Shown here piece by piece: positions 39,439-48,589 of a DNA stretch of 64,000 bases. Source of the stretch: a virus (lineage: Duplodnaviria; Caudoviricetes); the IMG/VR virus record IMGVR_UViG_3300026549_000040, positions 64,001-128,000 of that record; one strand, 5' to 3'. Within the stretch, counting starts at the first letter, position 1, and every line of letters starts with the position of its first letter. The notes below the pieces were generated by a model. That model had not been told where the DNA came from. It ran no database searches and worked only from the letters and a program-made list of their open reading frames with translations. Position numbers and translations under genes: made by a program.

Positions 39439-40197
39439 ATGGAAAATGCAAGAATAGTAGAAGAAATATGTTTACCTTCAAAAGGACTAATTTATGAAGA
39501 AGAAGTTAATCCTAATATTGAATTAAGTAGTATGAAAACAAAGCATGAAATGCTTAGATTATCTGCTACAGAAGACAGTCAAAAGGTTATGTCTAAAATA
39601 GTAGATGATTGTATCGTATCTGATATGGGAATAAGTTCTTATGATTTATGTTTAGGAGATTTTCAATATCTTCTTTATAAATTAAGAGTTGTTACGTTTG
39701 GTCCAGATTATGAAATGCAGGCAAAATGCCCGTACTGTAATTTTGAAAATACCCTTAAACTAAATATTGATGAATTAGAAGTTAATGAATATGATGATTC
39801 TTTACTTGATTTATTAGAAATGGATCTTCCTATTAGTGGTAATCATATTAAATTAACTATGCAAACTCCAAGGATGATCGATAGAATAAATTCAAGGATA
39901 AGGGAACATAATAAAAGAAGAAAAACTACTAATGAAAATTTAACTGTTCTATATACTATAATGGCAAGTCTAGAAGAAATTGATGGTGAACCAGTTGAAG
40001 TATCTACATTAGAAAATTGGATTAGAGAATTACCACTGGCTGACTCTAATGCAATATTATATAGAATAGATGAAATAAATAGTTCAATAGGTGTAGAGAT
40101 AGATTCAGTTGCAACTTGTGGGGTTTGTGGGTCCTCATTTATTGCCCCCTTTCGTGTCAACGACTCATTTTTTAGACCTAATCCTTCCATCAGGTAG
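39439..40197 (+). CDS. baseplate hub/tail assembly chaperone (T4 gp26-like)
   Basis: LPSKGLIY, GDFQYLLYKLR, CPYC, CGVCG, FFRP end; upstream of tape measure. Confidence 0.75.
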   Translation: MENARIVEEICLPSKGLIYEEEVNPNIELSSMKTKHEMLRLSATEDSQKVMSKIVDDCIVSDMGISSYDLCLGDFQYLLYKLRVVTFGPDYEMQAKCPYCNFENTLKLNIDELEVNEYDDSLLDLLEMDLPISGNHIKLTMQTPRMIDRINSRIREHNKRRKTTNENLTVLYTIMASLEEIDGEPVEVSTLENWIRELPLADSNAILYRIDEINSSIGVEIDSVATCGVCGSSFIAPFRVNDSFFRPNPSIR

Positions 40198-40210
40198 ATA
40201 TAAATCCGTT

Positions 40211-40381
40211 ATGCTTGAGAACTTAACAAAAGAAAAGTATGTAATATCAAGAAAACTACATACATCATTTCTTGATTTAGATGAGATAACTCCTATAGAA
40301 AGGAAGATGATATTAAAATTTATCACAGAAGATTTACAAGAACAAAGTGAAGCCATGCAAAAAGCTAGAAAAGGCTCTTAA
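40211..40381 (+). CDS. small gp51-like chaperone, or frameshift extension of the upstream gene
   Basis: Y.IS..L..S..D.D.ITP.ER..ILKFI.E pattern; frame open from 40109. Confidence 0.55.
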   Translation: MLENLTKEKYVISRKLHTSFLDLDEITPIERKMILKFITEDLQEQSEAMQKARKGS

Positions 40382-42930
40382 TGTCAGATGTCAACAAAAA
40401 TGAAGATAAAACAGTATTAATAAATGAGATGCCTACGGATAAATTGGTTGAGGCTCTTAGAAAAGCTTCTAAAGAAGAAGACGAGTATATCCGTAAGTAT
40501 AAAGAAGAGCAAACAACTAAGCTAGTAAAGCTTATTCAAAATGCAAAAAAGCATAGAGATGCTTTACAAAAAGCCAAAGCACAATTAAAATCCATGAAAC
40601 CGTCTGATGAAAACTATGAAGATTTTAAGAATCAGATAGAAGAATTACAGCGTGTTTCTAATGGTGCTGAAAAAGAGAGAGACTCTTTTATGAAGGCATT
40701 AAGAGAGTCAAATCAGCAAAATATAATTAATCAAGCAAAAGAAGCAGCTGCTACAAGTCGTATGAAGGCTGCTATGGAAAAGTCAAAGGAAAGTCTTGAC
40801 AAAGCTAATGAAGATTTAGCTAGAGCAGAATACGAACAATTTTGGCAAGAAGCATTAGATGATAGAGATGGCAGTACAGCTCAACAAAAGGAACATTTAG
40901 AACGCTCCAGACAAAAAACTGAAAAAGCTAGGCAAGAAAAAAATAAAGCAGAGGAATCTTATATTAGAACTTCTAATCCTTCTAATTATGAAGATGAAGA
41001 TTTAGAGAAAAAAATTGCAAAAGCTATGGGCTCTATGCCGACTTTACTTCAAAATATAGCAGAAGGACTATTTAGTAAGGAACATACTTCCGAATCAGGT
41101 AAGATAGCAGCTACTCTAAGTGAAAAATTATCAGATTCAAGCCCTCTTGGAAAAATTGGTTCAGCATCACTTAAAGTATTAGGAAAAATTCTTGACGTTG
41201 CAATGGCTGCAAGAAAAACATTAGATGGTTATGTTGATGATGCTGCAAATGTATTAGCACTTAATGTAGGTAAAATAAATGCAGCTTTAGAGGGAACAGG
41301 AAAAACTTATAAAAGTGCTTTATCAGAAGCAGTAGAAGGTTTAGGTATAAATAGATTTGTAAGACAAACAGATTACTTAGCACAAATAGCAAATCTTACA
41401 ACTCAAGGTGTAACCTTTAATGTAGAGCAACGTGCGTTATTAGAAACAATTAAAGATAAAACAATAAATTCATTTAGTTCTTTAGATGCTAATATATTAA
41501 GATTAGTTCGGTTAACAGAAGCAGATGTTACTGCTAACCAATTTGGATTAGAAGTTGCACTAAGAAATACTTTAAATAAAGTGTTTAAAGATTCAACTTA
41601 TTTACAAGGTATATATGATTCAATATCAAGTGCTATAACAGATGCTGTCATGATATCCGGTAGATCAGATATTACTCAATACAGTTCAGTAGCACAAACT
41701 TGGATGGGTGCTATGTATGAATCAGGTATAGATTCAAGTACTGTAAATAAGTTTGCTAATGCTATAAACTATTTAGGTTCTGGTAATGTGCAAGGTTTAT
41801 CTTCAGATGCAGATATGCAAAGATTAATATTATTAAGTATGGATACTATAGGTATGGACTATGCTGATATATTACAACAAGGTTTATCTGCTTCTGATAT
41901 AACTAAACTTATGGCTGCTATGGTAGATTACTTATCACAAATAGCAAAGAGTACAAAAGATAATAATGTACTACAATCATCATATACTCAATTATTTGGT
42001 ATGAGCATGTCAGATTTACAAGGATTCAAAAACCTACAATCCAAAATGAATGCTCTACAATACGTTACAAATGCTAGCTCACTTAAAGTAGTAGAACAAG
42101 AATTAGCAAGATATCAATCAGATGAAAGAGTAATGATAAATGAGCAGATTGCTAATGTATTTGATAATGCTAAATTTATTTATGGTAGTGATATAGCAGA
42201 GGATGCTTCACAATATATTGCTTGGAAAACAACAAATCTTATATTAGATATAACAAGTGCAGTACTTTCGAATCCATCATTATCAACAGGAGCAATAGGT
42301 AAAGCATTTTCAAAAGGTGTTGGTGCTATAGGTGTTGGTGCTGAAATTGCATTATTCTTACAAACTTTACATCCATTTTTAGAAACTATGAAAGGTTTAC
42401 CTGCAGCATTTAAGAGTGGAGAAAATGGTATTTTACAAAGTTATATAACTGGCCCTGCTACTATGGGGGGTACTTCTGCTAGTAGTGGTGCAGCAGTAAC
42501 TACATCTTCTAATACAATAAAAACTACTAATGCTAGTGCACTTGCTTCTATACGAGGTGATACTTATAACACTGAAATTAAAAAATTCAAAGATGTAGAT
42601 TGGTATCATCCAGAAGAAGAAAAGAATGAAACATTAGAAGAAATTAAGAAGATAACTGCAACAATAGTTGAGTCTAAAGAAGCTAAGAAAGCATTAGCCA
42701 CTTATCTTGTTGGAATGACAGATGATACATTAAGATCATTTGCGTCTATATTTGCTGATGAAAATGCTATGCAAGATACTTTCCAAGGTAAGAATAAAAC
42801 ACTTCAAGCTAACCTCTTTAACTTTGCTGATGATAAAACAAGTAATAGCAGTAAAAAAACTACTAAAACTACTGCAAATAAATCTAAAACTTCATCAAAC
42901 ACTGTTTCTGGTAATATAAAAACAACATAG
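40381..42930 (+). CDS. putative tape measure protein
   Basis: Long helical Ala/Ser/Leu-rich protein after the chaperones. Confidence 0.7.
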   Translation: MSDVNKNEDKTVLINEMPTDKLVEALRKASKEEDEYIRKYKEEQTTKLVKLIQNAKKHRDALQKAKAQLKSMKPSDENYEDFKNQIEELQRVSNGAEKERDSFMKALRESNQQNIINQAKEAAATSRMKAAMEKSKESLDKANEDLARAEYEQFWQEALDDRDGSTAQQKEHLERSRQKTEKARQEKNKAEESYIRTSNPSNYEDEDLEKKIAKAMGSMPTLLQNIAEGLFSKEHTSESGKIAATLSEKLSDSSPLGKIGSASLKVLGKILDVAMAARKTLDGYVDDAANVLALNVGKINAALEGTGKTYKSALSEAVEGLGINRFVRQTDYLAQIANLTTQGVTFNVEQRALLETIKDKTINSFSSLDANILRLVRLTEADVTANQFGLEVALRNTLNKVFKDSTYLQGIYDSISSAITDAVMISGRSDITQYSSVAQTWMGAMYESGIDSSTVNKFANAINYLGSGNVQGLSSDADMQRLILLSMDTIGMDYADILQQGLSASDITKLMAAMVDYLSQIAKSTKDNNVLQSSYTQLFGMSMSDLQGFKNLQSKMNALQYVTNASSLKVVEQELARYQSDERVMINEQIANVFDNAKFIYGSDIAEDASQYIAWKTTNLILDITSAVLSNPSLSTGAIGKAFSKGVGAIGVGAEIALFLQTLHPFLETMKGLPAAFKSGENGILQSYITGPATMGGTSASSGAAVTTSSNTIKTTNASALASIRGDTYNTEIKKFKDVDWYHPEEEKNETLEEIKKITATIVESKEAKKALATYLVGMTDDTLRSFASIFADENAMQDTFQGKNKTLQANLFNFADDKTSNSSKKTTKTTANKSKTSSNTVSGNIKTT

Positions 42931-42938
42931 GTTATTAA

Positions 42939-45176
42939 ATGATTGAATTTAACAAAGTTTCTACAGAATCAAATTTTATAAAGAATTTATTACATAGTAC
43001 TTTTTTACCCAGACTTAGAACGGTTAGGGATGATGATTATATCATAAAAGATAGAATATATGTCTATAAGTGTAATATAATTAAGTGTACTAATAGTGGT
43101 TATATAGCAGTTAAGAATGCTAATCTTGATCCTAACTTATATCCTAAAGCAACTTTAAGAAAAACAGATGATGAAAAGGTTAAAAAGGATCAAGTTTATT
43201 ATACTTATGTTAATGGTAACATTAGAAAAATACAATCTACGTCTAATGATTTAAGAAGCCCTATGGCAGAAGGTTGGTATGAACTTAATGTTGCATCTTA
43301 TGTTATATTAGAAGAATATTTCTTTGGTGAAAGAAATGATAAGTTGTGTACTAACTTTCTATCAAGTTCAGAAGGATATGATTATAAAACACATGAAAGG
43401 TTAGGACAATATCTTAGAGGTCTTAGAGATATGTATGGATTAAATTTAATGCCTCTATATAATTGTTTCGATAATGTGTTGTTAGAAAATATTCATATAA
43501 CTAATCATGAAATAGTAAGAACATCAGAAGACTTCCAGACAAAAGTATATAAAGTACCAATTAGGTTTAATGTAGACTATACCATTTGTATGGAAAATAT
43601 TGGTATGACTACATTCGCTCCAGCTTTTATACGACATGGTACATTAGCGAAATTAAATAACACAAGATTCGGTAATGGCTTAGATATAACAAATAAGTAC
43701 ATAAAGTTAAATCATGAGGATGTTATATATAATAAACCAAACCTTAGGTTTAAAGATCCTATAACACTTAGGTTTGATAATATACCACAGAATAAAAAAG
43801 TAAGATATAGTCAATTTGTATATACTGAAATTCCTGCTAAATATATGTCTGAATATTACAGGAAGAGTGATGGTACGTATCCAATATATTTTAAGAAATA
43901 TATAACAGAACCAGAAACTTATAGATTTTTTAAATACACAATTGATGGTAGTGATACTGTAATTCCAGATGGTATTCCTGTTAAGCAACCTGGATATGCT
44001 TATATATTACAAGAAGATGGGGGTAGTGGCCAAGAAGCATTATATCCATCAGATACTGAATTATATCCAGGAGATAATGTAGTATTACCACCATTACTAG
44101 ATGATGCTTATGAAAGTGTAAATCCAAGTATAGGTACTTTTGATAGTGTAGCCGGTTCTTTTAAAAAATGCAGTGAAGATGAAACTGTATTTAATAAAAA
44201 AATATTTGACAGTGATAAAAATAAATACTATGTATATGATACAACTGAGAATAAATTTGTACAATGCACAGAAGACTGGACTTATTCTGAGTCAGATATA
44301 TACTACTATAAAAGTTTAGATACGGATTTAGGCTGGTATGAATTTATTGATGGAGAATTTGTTAAGACTGAAGATACGTTTATAAAGAATACATTCTATA
44401 AATGTGCAGATACCTTTAGTGAAGATGAATTTAACAAGGATAAAACTAAGTATTACATATATGATTCTATAGAAGATACTTATACTCAATGTACATCAGA
44501 AGATGAATTTTATAGTGACTCATTGTATTTTTATAAAGATACAAAGAAATATTATAAAAAAGATATGACAGAAATAATAACATCATATAACTATGATATA
44601 ACTGAAGAAAATTGCTGTATGTACGATTATGTAGAAGATGAATTATATCTATTGATACAAGTACCGCAATCATTTAATTCAAGCATAGTTATATTAGAAG
44701 GTGATTATACTAATTTTGCTAATGAACGAATATATGATAATGTAAAATTTGAATTATTCAATGATAGAAAATTAGATTACTTATTTACCAAAAATCTAAA
44801 ACTAATGGAATCTGGTGGAGATACTATAGTACCTTTTTCTGATACACTAATTCAGTTCTTATTATGGCACGTTATTTGTAGTTTGGATACTATAAATGGT
44901 GATATGAATAGAGTTGTATATCAATTAGGTTCTTCTGGTAGTCTTCCAGTTTATCCTATTAATAACTATTGGTATTCCAGATATAGAGAATTAGTATTTA
45001 ATTATGCTGATACATATCCTAAAAAATATATTTCAGATAATCTTGGTTATATAACAACTGATATAGAAAATATAATAGAGTCTGGTGCTACTTATTTCAA
45101 TGAACAAACAACTGTAGACAATGAAAATATACCAGAACCACCAAATGCTTATTTAGAAGAGGAAGGTATTAAATGA
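42939..45176 (+). CDS. putative baseplate/tail structural protein with Tyr-rich repeats
   Basis: Position; duplicated F..DK.KYY.YD..E....QCT repeats. Confidence 0.55.
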   Translation: MIEFNKVSTESNFIKNLLHSTFLPRLRTVRDDDYIIKDRIYVYKCNIIKCTNSGYIAVKNANLDPNLYPKATLRKTDDEKVKKDQVYYTYVNGNIRKIQSTSNDLRSPMAEGWYELNVASYVILEEYFFGERNDKLCTNFLSSSEGYDYKTHERLGQYLRGLRDMYGLNLMPLYNCFDNVLLENIHITNHEIVRTSEDFQTKVYKVPIRFNVDYTICMENIGMTTFAPAFIRHGTLAKLNNTRFGNGLDITNKYIKLNHEDVIYNKPNLRFKDPITLRFDNIPQNKKVRYSQFVYTEIPAKYMSEYYRKSDGTYPIYFKKYITEPETYRFFKYTIDGSDTVIPDGIPVKQPGYAYILQEDGGSGQEALYPSDTELYPGDNVVLPPLLDDAYESVNPSIGTFDSVAGSFKKCSEDETVFNKKIFDSDKNKYYVYDTTENKFVQCTEDWTYSESDIYYYKSLDTDLGWYEFIDGEFVKTEDTFIKNTFYKCADTFSEDEFNKDKTKYYIYDSIEDTYTQCTSEDEFYSDSLYFYKDTKKYYKKDMTEIITSYNYDITEENCCMYDYVEDELYLLIQVPQSFNSSIVILEGDYTNFANERIYDNVKFELFNDRKLDYLFTKNLKLMESGGDTIVPFSDTLIQFLLWHVICSLDTINGDMNRVVYQLGSSGSLPVYPINNYWYSRYRELVFNYADTYPKKYISDNLGYITTDIENIIESGATYFNEQTTVDNENIPEPPNAYLEEEGIK

Positions 45177-45715
45177 CTATAAAAGTTAAGAAAAATTTAG
45201 CAATACCTACAGATAATTTTGTAATATTGCATCATACTGGACAATCCTATGTGATACCAGTGGATCCAGATTCAATAGCTGATCAAATGTCAGCTTCTTT
45301 CGCTTCTAATTTCCCATTAAGTAGAAGTGCTCCTATATATTCTTATCAAAATTCAGGACCAAGATCTGTTCAAGTATCATTTACTTTACATCGTGATCTA
45401 TGTAATGAATTTAATCCTAAATCTAAAGATATGGTAGAAGAGTTGATTAATAATTTAGAAGCAATGGTACTGCCAGAATATAACTCTTCTAAAAAGGTAG
45501 TTAATCCTCCTATAGTTACTTTAAAGATACGTGATGAGATAACTATAAAAGGGGTAGTTACTAATGTAGGTAAATCATTTAATTTACCCTTACTAAATTA
45601 TGGTGGAGCATATAAATATGCTGTAGTGAATCTTAACTTTTCAGTTTCTGAAGTTCAACCACAAAGCGCAAGTATTCTTTCTTCAATAAAAGGTGGAAGA
45701 AGATTAGGACAATAA
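45173..45715 (+). CDS. tail tube initiator-like baseplate protein
   Basis: RSAPIYSYQNSGPRSVQVSFTL...LPEY...PPIVTLKI. Confidence 0.7.
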   Translation: MTIKVKKNLAIPTDNFVILHHTGQSYVIPVDPDSIADQMSASFASNFPLSRSAPIYSYQNSGPRSVQVSFTLHRDLCNEFNPKSKDMVEELINNLEAMVLPEYNSSKKVVNPPIVTLKIRDEITIKGVVTNVGKSFNLPLLNYGGAYKYAVVNLNFSVSEVQPQSASILSSIKGGRRLGQ

Positions 45716-45716
45716 A

Positions 45717-46121
45717 ATGGATGTATTAACTGGTAAAACAACTAAAACAAGTGATTACTTTTCTAGGTATAATGGATTTTCATATTATTATAATAAGCTA
45801 AGTGAAAAAAGAATTCCTATAAAAGATACCTGGGGTCGTACTTCTACTGATGAGACTACAGGTGAATTATTATATAGAATAGACGGCAGATATAATATGT
45901 CTACTTCTTCTTGGCTTAAAGATACAGATCAGTACGAAGCATATACTGTGCAAGAAGGAGATACTTATGATTATATTGCATTGAAGAAATATAACAATCC
46001 AACGCAATATTGGATTATTTGTGACTTTAATAAAATAATAGATCCTTTTAAAGAACCGAAACCCGGAGATGTTTTATTTCTTCCTGCTAAAGGTAAAGAC
46101 TTAGAGTTCGAACATTATTAA
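45717..46121 (+). CDS. LysM-domain baseplate wedge protein (gp53/P2 X-like)
   Basis: YTVQEGDTYDYIALKKYNNPTQYWIICDFN.I.DPF...PGDVLFLP. Confidence 0.85.
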   Translation: MDVLTGKTTKTSDYFSRYNGFSYYYNKLSEKRIPIKDTWGRTSTDETTGELLYRIDGRYNMSTSSWLKDTDQYEAYTVQEGDTYDYIALKKYNNPTQYWIICDFNKIIDPFKEPKPGDVLFLPAKGKDLEFEHY

Positions 46122-46123
46122 TA

Positions 46124-48589
46124 ATGATATTAACATATAATAAAAATTTAATACAGAAAACTCTTGGTAAGCAAGGTAGTTCACAATGCGGGGTATACGC
46201 TGTTGCCTATGGTTTCACAATATTAGAAGGAAAATGTAGAGTTTCCGGGAGTCCTGCCTCTCATCAGTCAGTTGCTAATAAATATAATGGGGGTCATTTT
46301 GCTATTTGTTACTGGAGCACAATGGGTGTTGCTAGTAAAAGTGCAAGTTCTGTTAAAAACAGATATGGTAAGATACTTGATGAATTAAAAAAAGGAAAAC
46401 CCACTGTAGTTGCTACTAAAGGTTCTTCTTCCAATCACTATGTTCTAGTTATTGGAGTTAAAGATGGTAAAACAGCAGATACTATTGATCCTTCTGATTT
46501 CTATATTATAGATCCAGCAGATAATAAAATAGGCTATTTTGGTTCTACATGGGCTCATGGATTTAATAATAGTAGTTATGGTTTACAATATATAACTTTT
46601 CCTGGCAAAGGTGTAGGGGCAACAGGGGCTGTAGGAGGTGCAGATCATCCAAGATCTTGGTATACTAAAAAATACGGTAATGAAGCTAAGGTTTATTTTT
46701 GGATGAGAGATCTTGGTTATAGTCATAAAGGTACTTGCGCAATTATGGGTAATATTGCCCAAGAATCTAATTTTAATACCTCTGTAACTAGTAGGGATGG
46801 TTATGGCTCAAAGGGCATGTGTCAGTGGACAGGTGGCAGACTTACTAATTTAAAGAATTTTGCAAAAGATAAAGGCTTATCCTGGACAAGTGTAGAATGT
46901 CAATGTAAGTTTCTTGATAAAGAATTAAAAAGCTATAAAAAATTACATTCTAGTTTAGTAAAAGGATCTGGAAAATTATATGATTTAACATATGATTTTT
47001 GTTTTACTTTTGAGCGTCCCGCTAAAGCTTACGCCAATATGAGCAACAGAAGTAGTAAAGCAGAGACTTATTATAGTCGGTATGCTAAAGCTTTTGGTGC
47101 AGATGGAGGTATGAGTGGTGATGAATATGCAATGGGTACTGCCGCAGTTAATATGCAGCAACGTAGTTCTCAATTATATTCATCTGCTAATTATGAATGG
47201 GCTTCACAAAAAGAAAAAGAAAAGTATGAATCAAAATCAGATAAATTTGCAAGAGAAAATACAGAAGCAATACGTGATTATTTAAATAGTATATCTATTG
47301 ATTATAATTCAAGCACAACTTTTGCTATACCTGATTATACTAATATTAAAATTGTAAAGTCAAGTAATAATCTTATAAGAAGTTCAACAGATATTTTACC
47401 AATAGCAACAGCTATGGTTGAAGCACCATTCGTTGAAGTTAATTTTAAAGATATAACTGTAGGTACAGTTAATAATTCATTAGATGAATTTCCTAATCAT
47501 ATATCACAGTTAGAAGTACAGAAAATTAATGGTGAGATAAATAAATACTCATTTAATTTAGTTCATCAAATAAGAGCTGGTGAAGATCCGAATTTATTTG
47601 ATAAGATATTTTCTCATGTAAGATATGAAAGAATATCTATAAAGTATGGTGATTATGCTTCAAATACTATTTACGGAGATGAAAAAGCATTCATTACAGA
47701 TGTTGTTATGAATAGAGACTATGTGAGTAATCGTATTAATTATACTGTTCATGCTACATCTGCTGGGTCATTAGTAACATCTTATAAGCTTAATTTTTCG
47801 ACCAGAACAGATAAGCCATCAACTGTTATAAATGATTTATTGTATAAAAACTCAACAACCTCTAAATTACTATTAGATGCCTTTCCTGGTATGCGTAATA
47901 AAACAAAAGTTAATTCTAGCAATCTACTACCTAATACCGATAGTGTAGTAGAACTAGAAGACCAGGTAAATAAGAGTCCTATAGAATATATAAATTACTT
48001 AGTAGGTTGTATGAGTAATGCTTCTAATCCTGTTGATAGCGTAATTAGAAATTCTTCCTATTATATATCATATGAAAATGATTTTAATGGTAATATGGGA
48101 GGAGCCTTTTTTAAGGTAACAGAAGTAAAGCCTAATTCCTTATCAAAATATTATAGTAATAATATATATGAAATTACAGTAGGATATCCAGATAATAATT
48201 TTGTTTTAGGGTTTTCCGTTAGTAATGAATCAGCATGGTCATTACTATATAAAAATTCAAGTATTGCAAGTGAATATATTTATTCCTTAGATAGTAAAGG
48301 AAACAGTGTAAAACAATACTCTCCAAATCTAATGAGTTCATCTAATCCTTTTAATGAAATACAAAAGAATTGGTGGACTAATATGACTCAATTTCCTATA
48401 AATGCTACATTAACACTAAAAGGTCTTATGAAACCTGTAATGCTTATGGATTATGTTATAGTTAATGTTGTATTTTATGGACAAAAACATATAACAAGTG
48501 GTGTATATACTATAACTGGACAAACTGATACATTATCTGGTGATGGTTTTAGAACTGCTTTATCATTAACAAGAATAGGTGCTATTTAA
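46124..48589 (+). CDS. baseplate hub paralogue 1: C39-like peptidase + phage tail lysozyme + hub domain
   Basis: Q...CGVYA...HYVLVIG...IIDP; AIMGNIAQES...GMCQWT...FERP; C-terminal hub shared with the next two genes. Confidence 0.75.
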   Translation: MILTYNKNLIQKTLGKQGSSQCGVYAVAYGFTILEGKCRVSGSPASHQSVANKYNGGHFAICYWSTMGVASKSASSVKNRYGKILDELKKGKPTVVATKGSSSNHYVLVIGVKDGKTADTIDPSDFYIIDPADNKIGYFGSTWAHGFNNSSYGLQYITFPGKGVGATGAVGGADHPRSWYTKKYGNEAKVYFWMRDLGYSHKGTCAIMGNIAQESNFNTSVTSRDGYGSKGMCQWTGGRLTNLKNFAKDKGLSWTSVECQCKFLDKELKSYKKLHSSLVKGSGKLYDLTYDFCFTFERPAKAYANMSNRSSKAETYYSRYAKAFGADGGMSGDEYAMGTAAVNMQQRSSQLYSSANYEWASQKEKEKYESKSDKFARENTEAIRDYLNSISIDYNSSTTFAIPDYTNIKIVKSSNNLIRSSTDILPIATAMVEAPFVEVNFKDITVGTVNNSLDEFPNHISQLEVQKINGEINKYSFNLVHQIRAGEDPNLFDKIFSHVRYERISIKYGDYASNTIYGDEKAFITDVVMNRDYVSNRINYTVHATSAGSLVTSYKLNFSTRTDKPSTVINDLLYKNSTTSKLLLDAFPGMRNKTKVNSSNLLPNTDSVVELEDQVNKSPIEYINYLVGCMSNASNPVDSVIRNSSYYISYENDFNGNMGGAFFKVTEVKPNSLSKYYSNNIYEITVGYPDNNFVLGFSVSNESAWSLLYKNSSIASEYIYSLDSKGNSVKQYSPNLMSSSNPFNEIQKNWWTNMTQFPINATLTLKGLMKPVMLMDYVIVNVVFYGQKHITSGVYTITGQTDTLSGDGFRTALSLTRIGAI

